A stretch of DNA of 63,853 nucleotides from positions 42,953-106,805 of the forward strand of contig CAYXKE010000002.1 of assembly GCA_964464935.1 (NCBI GenBank). Direction: 5' to 3'. The notes below the pieces were generated by a model, which saw only the letters and a list, made by a program, of their open reading frames with translations, was not told where the DNA came from and searched no databases. Below, in pieces: positions 9,468 through 18,676 of this stretch. The stretch is from an uncultured Chryseobacterium sp. (GTDB lineage Bacteria > Bacteroidota > Bacteroidia > Flavobacteriales_F > PHOS-HE28). Made by a program: the position numbers and the translations under genes. Within the stretch, counting starts at the first letter, position 1; every line of letters begins with the position of its first letter.

Positions 9468-9888
9468 GCGCTTTGCCGAACTGGGCGCCGTACAGGCCGA
9501 ACGACTCCGCCTCAAGGCCGAGCGCGATCGGCGTGCGGCGGCCGTGGCCGATCATTGGTCGCTGCTGCATGAACCCGAGTTCCGGCACGGGCTGGCCCGC
9601 GATGCGGTATCCGACCTGTTCCGCGCCTGGAAGCCCGCCCGCACACTGGGCGCGCTGCTGGGTACGGACAACAGACTGGTGGACGGTGCGCTGGGTATGG
9701 TGGCCGGTGCCGGTGCCACCACGATGACCGGACGGGCCGGGCGGTGGCTGCTGGCCAATGTGCTGCGCTTCGGCCTGCGTCGCTTCGGCAACCCGGACCG
9801 CATGGAGCGCATCAGCGATGAACTGGGCGAGAGCTGGCGGAGGGTGAAAACGTATTGGCGCCACCGCCACGAACGGACCACCGTGTGA
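9454..9888 (+). CDS. hypothetical protein, third gene of the YtxH/holin-like cluster
   Basis: The 144-aa ORF overlaps the preceding gene by 14 nt. It has a charged helical N-terminus (ERLRLKAERDRRAAAV). No family recognised. Confidence 0.55.
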   Translation: MKRTERFAELGAVQAERLRLKAERDRRAAAVADHWSLLHEPEFRHGLARDAVSDLFRAWKPARTLGALLGTDNRLVDGALGMVAGAGATTMTGRAGRWLLANVLRFGLRRFGNPDRMERISDELGESWRRVKTYWRHRHERTTV

Positions 9889-9905
9889 ACGAACCTTGTT
9901 CCTGC

Positions 9906-11063
9906 ATGCACCCCACTGCCACGTTGCAGCGCTATGTGTTGTCGCTGCTCGCCGTGATCCTCTCCGTGGTCGTACTCTATTTCGCCCGCGACCTCCTCAT
10001 CCTCACGGTCGTTTCAGCGCTGTTCGCCTTCCTCCTGCTGCCCATGGCACGCGGGCTGGAGGCGCGCCGCTTCCCGCGCTGGCTCGCCGCCCTGCTGGTG
10101 ACCCTGCTGCTATTGGTGTGCGTACTGGGCGCCTTCTTCTTCATGGGCTGGCAGTTGGCGCGCTTCGGTTCCGACCTGCCCGCCCTTCAAGCGGCCATCA
10201 CGGAGAAAAGCAACGTGCTGCTGGGCTGGATCGAACAGCACTCGCACATCGACCGGCGCGAGCAGGTGCAGTGGTTCAACAAGCAGCTCACCAGCGTGGC
10301 CGAGCATGGTGGCCAGATGGTGCTGAGCGTGTTCAGCAGCACGGGCGCGTTGCTCGCCACTGCGGTGGTGGTCCCCATTTTCGTTTTCCTGCTGCTGCTG
10401 CTGAAGGACAAGTTCCGCACCTTCTTCATCGAGGTGGACAGCACCGGCAAGGGCATGCTCCTGAAAGTGATGGAGCGCATCTCGATGCTCTCGCGCAAGT
10501 ACGTGCGCGGGGTGGTGATCGTGCTGGTGATCCTCGGCGTGCTCAACAGCATCGGCTTCCTGCTGCTGGGGCTGAAGTACGCCATACTGCTGGGCTTCAT
10601 GGCCGGCCTGCTGAACGTGGTGCCTTACATCGGGGTGATGATCGGAAGCATCCTGCCCATCATCATCGCGCTGGTGACCAAGGACAGCATCGGTTATGCG
10701 CTGGGTGCGCTCGGCGTGTGCGTGGTGACGCAGTTCCTGGAGAACAACTTCATCACGCCCAAGGTGGTGGGCAGCAGTGTGAGCATCAACCCCCTGGCGA
10801 GCATCGTGGCCCTGCTGGCCTTCGGTGCGCTGTGGGGGGTGATCGGGATGGTGGTCGCCATCCCGATCACGGGCATGCTGAAGATCGTGTGCGACGCGGT
10901 GCCGGGCCTCAAGCCGTACGGCTATCTGCTGGGCGAGGACATCGAGTACCCGGAGGAGCAGCGCTTCCACATGCCCCGCATGCCGTGGGCCGCGAAAGCG
11001 CCCGTGCCACCCGTGCCGCCACCCACCGCACCGCCCGCACCGCCGGGCGGGCCGGAAGCTTAG
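9906..11063 (+). CDS. AI-2E family transporter (PerM/YhhT-like permease)
   Basis: Start at MHPTATLQRYVLSLL. It is a multi-pass membrane protein with the conserved C-terminal block LENNFITPKVVGSSVSINPL. It ends in a proline-rich tail. Confidence 0.88.
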   Translation: MHPTATLQRYVLSLLAVILSVVVLYFARDLLILTVVSALFAFLLLPMARGLEARRFPRWLAALLVTLLLLVCVLGAFFFMGWQLARFGSDLPALQAAITEKSNVLLGWIEQHSHIDRREQVQWFNKQLTSVAEHGGQMVLSVFSSTGALLATAVVVPIFVFLLLLLKDKFRTFFIEVDSTGKGMLLKVMERISMLSRKYVRGVVIVLVILGVLNSIGFLLLGLKYAILLGFMAGLLNVVPYIGVMIGSILPIIIALVTKDSIGYALGALGVCVVTQFLENNFITPKVVGSSVSINPLASIVALLAFGALWGVIGMVVAIPITGMLKIVCDAVPGLKPYGYLLGEDIEYPEEQRFHMPRMPWAAKAPVPPVPPPTAPPAPPGGPEA

Positions 11064-11064
11064 A

Positions 11065-11997
11065 TCAACGGAAGATGGCCGTGTGGGCCACGCCGTCCGC
11101 GCCGATATGGCCGCGGTACATGCCCGGTGTATTGAAGTCGAGGACCACCTCGCCGTTACGGTCCACCGCGATGAGCCCGCCTTCACCGCCCACGCGGGGC
11201 AGCTTCTCATGCACCACCACGCGAACGGCCTCGGCCAGCGACAGCCCCTTGTACTCCATGAGGCAGCTCACATCGTGGGCCGCCACCGCACGGATGAAGC
11301 TCTCGCCGATGCCGGTGCAGCTCACGGCGCAGGTGGCGTCGTTGGCATAGGTGCCCGCTCCGATGATGGGGCTGTCCCCGATGCGCTGCCAGCGCTTGTT
11401 GGTGAGGCCGCCCGTGCTGGTGGCCGCCGCCAGGTGCCCATGGGCATCCAATGCCACGGCGCCCACCGTGCCGAACTTCCGCTCCTGACCGTCGTGGTCC
11501 AGGCGCAGTTCATCGGTGTCCCGCACGGCCATCCACTGGTCGTACCGCAACTGGTCGAAGAAGTAGGCGTCATCCTCCAGCGCCACCCGCTGCTGGTGGG
11601 CGAACTCGAAGGCCCCGAGGCCGGTGATCAGCACATGTTCGCTGTGGTCCATCACCTGGCGCGCCAGGGCCACGGGGTTCTTCACGTTCTGCACACAGGC
11701 CACGGCACCGGCCGCGAGGTTGCTGCCGTCCATGATGGAGGCGTCCATCTCGTGCATGCCGTCGGCGTTGAAGACCGAGCCCCGGCCGGCGTTGAAGTAG
11801 GGGTGGTCTTCCAGCACGCGCACAGCGGCCTCCACGGCGTCGAGGGCGCGGCCCCCTTCGGCGAGAACGGCGTAGCCGGTGCGCAGGGCCAGGGCGAGCG
11901 CATCGCAATAGGCGCGTTCGCCCTCGGGACCGAGAATGGCGCGGTCAATGGTGCCGGCACCTCCGTGCACGGCGAGTACGATCTTGTTCATCCGCAA
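11065..11997 (-). CDS. iaaA: isoaspartyl peptidase / L-asparaginase (Ntn hydrolase)
   Basis: MNKIVLAVHGGAGT and FNAGRGSVFN are present. The autoproteolytic nucleophile context is GTVGAVALD. No signal peptide is visible. Confidence 0.88.
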   Translation of the reverse strand: MRMNKIVLAVHGGAGTIDRAILGPEGERAYCDALALALRTGYAVLAEGGRALDAVEAAVRVLEDHPYFNAGRGSVFNADGMHEMDASIMDGSNLAAGAVACVQNVKNPVALARQVMDHSEHVLITGLGAFEFAHQQRVALEDDAYFFDQLRYDQWMAVRDTDELRLDHDGQERKFGTVGAVALDAHGHLAAATSTGGLTNKRWQRIGDSPIIGAGTYANDATCAVSCTGIGESFIRAVAAHDVSCLMEYKGLSLAEAVRVVVHEKLPRVGGEGGLIAVDRNGEVVLDFNTPGMYRGHIGADGVAHTAIFR

Positions 11998-12022
11998 GGG
12001 GGAGACCGGAAAAGGAGGAAGG

Positions 12023-12499
12023 TCACTCTTCGATCAGCACGCCTTCGGCCAGGAAGGTGAGCACATGCTTCGGCTCGGTGATCTGTTCGATCTCCTCGCG
12101 GCTCTTGCCGGCATCCTCGGCATAGTGGCGCAGGGTGGCCACGTCGATGGTCTCGCGCGTGGCGGTGCCTTGCAGCACGGCCTGCTTGCCCTCCATGCCC
12201 TCCTTGGGCACGAAGAACTTGTAGTCGACGAAACGCACCTTCATCGGGCTGCCATCGGGCATGCGCACGTCCATCCAGCAACCCTTCACCCGGCAGGTGC
12301 TGATCACCTCGGCGGCGAGCTTGGTGCTCAGCGTGTCGGTGCGCTCCATGGCCTTGGCGAATTCCGCGGTGGAGATGGCCCCATCGGCGGTGATCTCCTT
12401 GCCGTAGGACTTCATCGCGGACTGTGCGAGGGTGGGTGAGGTGCGGGCACAACCCATCAGCAGAAGGGCGGTGCAGGCCAGCGTGGCGAAAGTTTTCAT
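12023..12499 (-). CDS. DUF4920 domain-containing lipoprotein
   Basis: Start at MKTFATLACTALLLMGC (lipobox-like). The conserved CRVKGCWMDV segment is present. Its ATG overlaps the comEC stop (ATGA at 12496-12499). Confidence 0.78.
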   Translation of the reverse strand: MKTFATLACTALLLMGCARTSPTLAQSAMKSYGKEITADGAISTAEFAKAMERTDTLSTKLAAEVISTCRVKGCWMDVRMPDGSPMKVRFVDYKFFVPKEGMEGKQAVLQGTATRETIDVATLRHYAEDAGKSREEIEQITEPKHVLTFLAEGVLIEE

Positions 12500-14670
12500 G
12501 GTAGGCATGCGATGCTTGCCTGCAAAGATCGGTGTTCCAACGGCATGGGACCATGGGGCCGCACCCGGTCGAGCACGAAAGCGCCCCGGTCGCGCACATC
12601 GTGGCAGGGTACGCCGTGCGTGGCGCACCAGTTCCGCAGCTGCTCGCGCACCCGCCAATGCAGCCCGGCGGCCAGCACCACATGCTGCGGCACCACGGCA
12701 TCAGCGGGGATCTCCGGTGGGCGGGATGCCGGGATGTCATGGACCACCAGTGCATCCGGCCGCAGTGCTCCCGTGGGCCAGGCCAGGTCCTCGGACACGA
12801 AGATCACGTCCATCCCCGGCGTGGTCCATCGGCCCGCGGCCAGCACGGTGCTGCTCATGGCCACAGGGGCTTGGCCATGCAGGGCGGAAGGATCCACCGC
12901 CAAGGGGGGATCGCTGCCGATCGCGCGGGCGTGGCGTTCCACTTTCATGGGCAGCTGGCCGGGTTCATCACCCAGGTCGAGCACCAGCAGCTCCCGGCCC
13001 GTGGTCATGGCCGTGCGGGTGGCCCGGCGGTCGTCGTACACCACGAACCCCACGCGCTCCAGTCGTTCACCGGTGCGCACATGCCAGTGCACCAGCAACG
13101 CCGCCACGATGGCCAGGGTGGTCCATTTCATGCCGATCCAGCCCCACATGCGCCACAGGGTCACCGCCGCGATCAGGGCGCTGAGCAGGAGCATGGCGAT
13201 CAGGTCCACGCGCACGGCGGGGTAGGCGGCGGGTGCATCGGCAAAGAAGGCGGTGCTGCTCTCCATGATGCGCAGCGCCCACTGGAGCAGATGGGTGAGC
13301 ACCGTGCCCACCACCGGCACCTTGTACAGCACGATCAGCGCGATGCTGCCGTAGATGGCCGCCGTGCCCACGGCGCACACCACCAGGTTGGCCGGCAGGA
13401 ACCAGGTGGGGAAGGCCTGGAAGTGGTAAAGCACCAGTGGCGTGGTGGTGAGCTGAGCCACCAGGGAGACGGCGAGCAAGGACCAGGTGTGGCGCAGGAT
13501 GGTGTTGCGCGGGTTGAACAGGCCATATACCGGACGGTAGAAGAGGAGGATGCCCAGCACGGCCATGAACGAGAGCTGGAAACCGATCATGCGCCACATG
13601 AAGGGGTCCCATAGCAGCAGCACCAGCGCCGCGGCGGAGAGGCTGTTGACCCCGTCCACGCGAAGGCCCACCATCTCGGAGAGGGTGAACATGCTGAACA
13701 TGACCGTGGCCCGCAGCACGCTGGGTTCGCTGCCGGTCAGGCCCGTGTAGCCCCACAGGGCCGCGAGCACGATCACCCCCCGCACGATCTGCGCCCGGCG
13801 GTGCGCGCCCATCCAGCCCAGCAGCAGCCGGATCGCCGCATAGATCAACCCCACGTGCATGCCCGATACCGCCAACAAGTGAATGGTACCGCTTCGCGCG
13901 AACGCCTCCACCTGCTCGCGCGAGAGCTCGTCTCGCATGCCCAGCACCAGGGCCTTGGCCACTCCGCGCTCCGACACGGATAGCGCACTGCCGTCGATCC
14001 AGTTCGATATGGCGGTGCGGGCCCGGTGGAACATGTCCGTCCAGTGGGTCTTGTGGTCCACCACGCGCCAGGCCCCGGTGGGGGCGAACAGTTCATGGCC
14101 GATGCCGCGCGAGGCCGCCCATGCCTGGCGGTCAAAGCCCCCGGGGTCGGGCACCCGGTCGATGGGGCCCAGCGCGCCTTCCACCAGCAGCCGGTCGCCG
14201 CGGCGGGGCAGGGGGTCATCGGCACCGGCCAGCAGGGTGAGCAATACCGGACCATGCACCGTGCCATGGTCGTCGCCGGCCACGCGGTACATCACCTCGG
14301 CATCGGCGCGGAACACGCCCGAAGACCCGCTGCTGACGTTGCGAATGGCGATGGACCATACGGCCTCGCCCGGATGACGGGCGATGTGGAGGGGATCATG
14401 CGTGGGCAGGCGCACGGTGGTCCAGAAGGCGCCCAGGCAGGCGAACCAGATGGACAGCGCAAGACCGCGTCGCCAGCGGTGTGCATCATCAGCGGGCATG
14501 GTGAGCAACAAGGCCGCTGCGGGCGTGCTCAGCACCAGTGCCCAAGCCACGGTCGTGTCGGCGCCCAGCACATCGGCCAGCGCCAGACCAGCGATGAAGG
14601 GAACGGCTGCCCGGGCGATGGGTACCCGGTGCAGCGCGTGCCAGGGGCCGCGCTCCATGGGTATGACCAT
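12496..14670 (-). CDS. comEC: ComEC/Rec2 family competence protein
   Basis: The 724-aa polytopic membrane protein has the Competence-domain signature HLLAVSGMHVG. I could not find an HxHxDH metallo-beta-lactamase motif in the C-terminal 200 aa. Confidence 0.82.
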   Translation of the reverse strand: MVIPMERGPWHALHRVPIARAAVPFIAGLALADVLGADTTVAWALVLSTPAAALLLTMPADDAHRWRRGLALSIWFACLGAFWTTVRLPTHDPLHIARHPGEAVWSIAIRNVSSGSSGVFRADAEVMYRVAGDDHGTVHGPVLLTLLAGADDPLPRRGDRLLVEGALGPIDRVPDPGGFDRQAWAASRGIGHELFAPTGAWRVVDHKTHWTDMFHRARTAISNWIDGSALSVSERGVAKALVLGMRDELSREQVEAFARSGTIHLLAVSGMHVGLIYAAIRLLLGWMGAHRRAQIVRGVIVLAALWGYTGLTGSEPSVLRATVMFSMFTLSEMVGLRVDGVNSLSAAALVLLLWDPFMWRMIGFQLSFMAVLGILLFYRPVYGLFNPRNTILRHTWSLLAVSLVAQLTTTPLVLYHFQAFPTWFLPANLVVCAVGTAAIYGSIALIVLYKVPVVGTVLTHLLQWALRIMESSTAFFADAPAAYPAVRVDLIAMLLLSALIAAVTLWRMWGWIGMKWTTLAIVAALLVHWHVRTGERLERVGFVVYDDRRATRTAMTTGRELLVLDLGDEPGQLPMKVERHARAIGSDPPLAVDPSALHGQAPVAMSSTVLAAGRWTTPGMDVIFVSEDLAWPTGALRPDALVVHDIPASRPPEIPADAVVPQHVVLAAGLHWRVREQLRNWCATHGVPCHDVRDRGAFVLDRVRPHGPMPLEHRSLQASIACLP

Positions 14671-14694
14671 GGAACGGAAGATACGTCCGCCCGG

Positions 14695-15906
14695 TCACAT
14701 CCCGGTGGGGATGACCGGTGGGGCGGGGTCCTCTTCACGGAAGAACTCCAGCGTACCGAGGTCCACCAAGTGCACCCCCGTGTAGTAGTGGTGCAGGATG
14801 TCCGTGTAATTGCGGCCGACGCGGGCCATGCGCATGGCGCCCTCCTGGCACAGGCCCACCCCATGCCCGAAGCCACGGCCTTGGAGGATCACCTGATCGC
14901 CCTCGGTGCGGATGCTGAAGTAGGTGGAACGCAGCTTCAAGTCCTCCCGCACGGTCTTCAGGGGGATCAGCGGCATGGTGTTGCCCAGGTAAAGGTCCCG
15001 GCACTGCGGGTCGTAGTTGAGCACGGAGGCCAGTGCAGCGGAGTCCTTGGACGAGAAGCCGTGCTTGCGCTGCAGGTAGCCCAGCCATTCACTGCGGGGG
15101 AAGGTGCGTTCCCAGGTGGCCTGGTCGGCCGCGGTGCAGAACGTGTCGACCGTGGCGCGCAGGTACGGTTCGTAGCCCCACACATCCTCGGCGTTCACCG
15201 TTTCCCCGCCACAGTTGCTGTGAAAGGTGGCGTGGATGAGCCGGATCTCGTGGTCCACGATCACCAGGTTGCGCGTGGCCTCCACGGCCTGGGCGATGGT
15301 GTCGTTGTCGTTGCGCCCACGAAAGAGCTGGCAGTGCACATCGTCGCACAACGCGAAGCCGTCTTTCAGGTGCTTGCGTTGGTTGCTCAGCGCATAGGTG
15401 CGGCAGCTCACGCTCTGGAGCTTGTAGTATTCGAGGTGATGCTTGTTGCCTGCCTCGGCGCGCACCACCCCGGCCACGTACTCTTCCAGCGGTGGCGTGC
15501 CCACCATGCGGAGCTTGCCCGCCACCTGGTCCACCTGCAACGCTCCGGGGTAGCGTCGCTCGGGCACCTTCAGCCCGGTGGCCTTCATGCGGTAGCCGCC
15601 GCCGGGATGCTCCGGCACCACCTCGATCCGTTGGTGGGCGGTGAAAGAGAGCTTCAACGACTTGGCCACCAAGGTGCCGTTGGGCCCGGCCGTGATCCGC
15701 AGCCCATCACTGGTGGCGATGGTGCCCACGCGCTTGCCATCGGCCATGATGCGCAAGGTGCCGCGGTCGCTCATCACCAGCACCTCCTTCACCACCTTGC
15801 CGTGGAGCAGCCCCACACGCAGGGTGGCGGACTTCTCCTGCCCATGCACCATGCACAGGCACAACAAGGCCAGGGAACAAAGCAGGTTCCGGAGCATATG
15901 CGCCAA
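14695..15906 (-). CDS. SpoIID/LytB domain-containing protein
   Basis: Signal peptide present. The conserved blocks are FHSNCGGET and GHGVGLCQEGAMRMA. Confidence 0.85.
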   Translation of the reverse strand: MAHMLRNLLCSLALLCLCMVHGQEKSATLRVGLLHGKVVKEVLVMSDRGTLRIMADGKRVGTIATSDGLRITAGPNGTLVAKSLKLSFTAHQRIEVVPEHPGGGYRMKATGLKVPERRYPGALQVDQVAGKLRMVGTPPLEEYVAGVVRAEAGNKHHLEYYKLQSVSCRTYALSNQRKHLKDGFALCDDVHCQLFRGRNDNDTIAQAVEATRNLVIVDHEIRLIHATFHSNCGGETVNAEDVWGYEPYLRATVDTFCTAADQATWERTFPRSEWLGYLQRKHGFSSKDSAALASVLNYDPQCRDLYLGNTMPLIPLKTVREDLKLRSTYFSIRTEGDQVILQGRGFGHGVGLCQEGAMRMARVGRNYTDILHHYYTGVHLVDLGTLEFFREEDPAPPVIPTGM

Positions 15907-15930
15907 AGTTACCGGGGTGCCCCGGGGGGC

Positions 15931-17052
15931 TCAGTCCGTGGGCGACAGACTTTTCCACACAGCGCTGGCGACTGCGTGCGACGCGCCGGGTCCGCCGAGC
16001 ATGGTGCGCAATGCCGCCAGGTCTTGCTGCATGCGGGTGCGGTAGGGGCCATCGTGCAGCAGGCGCCCCAGTTCGGCCACGAGGTTCTCTTCTGTGAGGT
16101 CGCTCTGGATCAGCTCGCGTACCACTTCGCGGTCCATGATCAGGTTCACCAGGCTGATGAACCGCACATCGATCAATCGTTCGGCCAGCCACACATTGAT
16201 GGCGCTGCCGCTGTAGCACACCACCTCGGGTACGCCGAAGAGCGCGGTCTCGAGCGTGGCGGTGCCGCTGGTCACCAAGGCGGCGCGGGCGCTGCGCAGC
16301 ACATCGTAGGTGTGGCCGGCCACTACGGTGGCCTTGCGGTCGCCGATGGCCTCGGTGTACACCTCCATCGGGGTCGAAGGGGCGGCGGCCACCACCATGC
16401 GGTGATCGGGGAAGCGGGCCGCAGCGCGCAGCATCAGGGGCAGCATGCGCCCGATCTCCTGGCGGCGGCTGCCGGGCAGCAGGGCGATCACCGGACGACC
16501 ATCATCACCGGGCAGGGGCGCCAGCGGGGTGCGGCCTTCCTGTTCGATGGCATCGAGCAGGGGGTGCCCCACGAAGTCCACGGCCATGCCATGCGCCGCG
16601 TACCAATCCTTCTCGAACGGCAGGATGGTGTACATGCGGTCCACCACGCGGCGGATGGTGCGCACCCGGCCCTTCTTCCACGCCCACACCTGGGGGCTGA
16701 TGTAGTAGTGCACGGGGATGCCCTGTCCGTGGGCCCACTCGGCGATGCGCAGGTTGAAGCCGGGATAGTCGATCAGCACGAGGGCATCGGGTTTGAAGGC
16801 CGCGATGTCGCGTTTGCAGGTGGCCATGTTGCGCAGGATGGTGCGCAGGTTCAGCACCACCTGGGTGAAGCCCATGAAGGCGAGTTCGCGGTAATGCTTC
16901 ACCACCTCGGCCCCTGCGGATGCCATGCGGTCGCCGCCCCAGGCACGCACCTCCAGTGGCGCATCGGCCACATCGAAAAGCGCGCGGACCAGGTTGCCTC
17001 CGTGCAGGTCGCCGCTGGCCTCGCCGGCGATGATGTAGATGCGGCGGGCCAT
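15931..17052 (-). CDS. lpxB: lipid-A-disaccharide synthase
   Basis: MARRIYIIAGEASGDLHGGNLVRAL is the canonical LpxB N-terminus. Length is 373 aa. Confidence 0.92.
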   Translation of the reverse strand: MARRIYIIAGEASGDLHGGNLVRALFDVADAPLEVRAWGGDRMASAGAEVVKHYRELAFMGFTQVVLNLRTILRNMATCKRDIAAFKPDALVLIDYPGFNLRIAEWAHGQGIPVHYYISPQVWAWKKGRVRTIRRVVDRMYTILPFEKDWYAAHGMAVDFVGHPLLDAIEQEGRTPLAPLPGDDGRPVIALLPGSRRQEIGRMLPLMLRAAARFPDHRMVVAAAPSTPMEVYTEAIGDRKATVVAGHTYDVLRSARAALVTSGTATLETALFGVPEVVCYSGSAINVWLAERLIDVRFISLVNLIMDREVVRELIQSDLTEENLVAELGRLLHDGPYRTRMQQDLAALRTMLGGPGASHAVASAVWKSLSPTD

Positions 17053-17056
17053 GGGG

Positions 17057-17356
17057 TCAGAGCAGCAGCACCACGATGGCGGCGCCGTAGATGAACGTGG
17101 CGATCACCACTCCGCGCATGGCCTTGTGCATGTACACGCGGTCGAACAGGAAGAACGGCGCAAGATTGGCGATGAGCGAAAGGCTGAGGATGGGGGCCTG
17201 AAAGCGCCGCGTGCCCAGGAAGAGGTCGTGCACGAAGAAGCTCATGTCCAGGTGCGGGCGGATCCACGTGGTGTGGATGAACCCATAGGCGATGAAGCCC
17301 AGCACGGGGAAGAGCAGGCCCACCACGATGCCCGTGGCCACTTTATTCCAGCCCAT
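17057..17356 (-). CDS. small conserved membrane protein (3 TM helices)
   Basis: The 99-aa hydrophobic ORF sits between surE and lpxB and overlaps the surE stop by 14 nt. A similar small gene occupies this position in other Bacteroidota as far as I recall. Confidence 0.65.
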   Translation of the reverse strand: MGWNKVATGIVVGLLFPVLGFIAYGFIHTTWIRPHLDMSFFVHDLFLGTRRFQAPILSLSLIANLAPFFLFDRVYMHKAMRGVVIATFIYGAAIVVLLL

Positions 17357-18122
17357 TGTCCCAGGTGTTGAGCTCCGCGATGGCGTGGTGCGCGGTCATG
17401 TCGAATTGCACGGGGACCAGGCTGGCGTAGCCGTTCTGCACCGCCCACACGTCGGTGTCCTCGCCGTGCTCGTGGCTGCGGAAGGCGCCGCGCATCCAGT
17501 AGTACTCCTTGTTGCCGGGGTCCAGCCGCGTCTCGAACTCGTCCTCCCAGTTGGCCCGGGCCTGGCGGCACACGCGCACGCCTTTGAGCGGCACGCCGGT
17601 ATTCTGCGGCACGTTCACGTTGAGGCACACGCCGTGGGCCATGCCATGCTTGATCACGTTGGCGGTCACCGTGCGCACCACCGGCCGCACATGGCTGAAG
17701 TCGGCCTCGATCGCGTGGTCCATCAGGCTGAAGCCGATGCTGGGAATGCCCTCCATCGCACCTTCCACCGCCGCGCTCATGGTGCCGCTGTACAGCACGT
17801 TGATGCTGATGTTGGCGCCGTGATTGATCCCGCTCACGAGCAGCTCGGGCTTGCGGCCGCCCAGCAGTTTGTGGATGGCCAGCTTCACGCAGTCCACCGG
17901 CGTGCCGCTGCAGCTCCAGGCCTCCACACCCTCCATCAGGTCCACCCGGTTCAGGCGCAGGAAACTGTGGATGGTGATGGCGTGCCCCATCGCGCTCTGG
18001 GGTTTGTCCGGCGCCACCAGCAATACCTCGCCGAAGGAGCGCATCTCTTCGGCCAGCACGTTCAGTCCGGGGGCGTGCACCCCATCGTCGTTGGTGACGA
18101 GGATCAATGGCTTCCTGCTCAT
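17343..18122 (-). CDS. surE: 5'/3'-nucleotidase SurE
   Basis: The N-terminus PLILVTNDDGVHAPGL and the motif SGINHGAN are present. Length is 259 aa. Confidence 0.93.
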   Translation of the reverse strand: MSRKPLILVTNDDGVHAPGLNVLAEEMRSFGEVLLVAPDKPQSAMGHAITIHSFLRLNRVDLMEGVEAWSCSGTPVDCVKLAIHKLLGGRKPELLVSGINHGANISINVLYSGTMSAAVEGAMEGIPSIGFSLMDHAIEADFSHVRPVVRTVTANVIKHGMAHGVCLNVNVPQNTGVPLKGVRVCRQARANWEDEFETRLDPGNKEYYWMRGAFRSHEHGEDTDVWAVQNGYASLVPVQFDMTAHHAIAELNTWDNGLE

Positions 18123-18268
18123 GGCCGCAAAGCTAGGGGCGGGTGCCGCTGCGCGGAGGCCACGGGATCACGGCGTTGCGGAGATCCCAGCGGTGCGCCT
18201 GTGGTTGTGCATGGGCGAAGAGAGCGCAGTCGCCTTTGGACCATCCTCCACCTCCGATCTTCGCCCCC

Positions 18269-18646
18269 ATGAAACGTCCCATCCACCCACCGCAGGCCGC
18301 GCCGCCCGTGGCCCCATACACCCCGGCGATCCTCGCCAACGGCACCCTCTACCTCAGCGGGCAGATCGCGCTCGACGATCAGGGCCAGCTCCATACCGGC
18401 GATATCGTGACGGAGACCCGGCGGGTGATGGACAACCTCGGCATCCTGCTGAAAGCCGCCGGCATGGACTACGGCCACCTGGTGAAGGTGACCATCCTAC
18501 TGAGCGACATGAGCCTGTACGGACCGGTGAACGAGGTGTACGGCAGCTATTTCGCCGATACCCCGCCGGCGCGCGAGGCCTACGCCGTGAAGGGGCTGCC
18601 CCGTGGCGTGAACGTGGAGATCAGCGGGATCGCGGTGCAGGGCTGA
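18269..18646 (+). CDS. ridA: RidA family protein (YjgF/L-PSP)
   Basis: Start at MKRPIHPP. The YSPA-like PYTPAI motif, LYLSGQIALD, and C-terminal AREAYAVKGLPRGVNVEI are present. Confidence 0.88.
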   Translation: MKRPIHPPQAAPPVAPYTPAILANGTLYLSGQIALDDQGQLHTGDIVTETRRVMDNLGILLKAAGMDYGHLVKVTILLSDMSLYGPVNEVYGSYFADTPPAREAYAVKGLPRGVNVEISGIAVQG

Positions 18647-18676
18647 GCATGCCAGGCATCCGCAGGCGGTGAGGCC

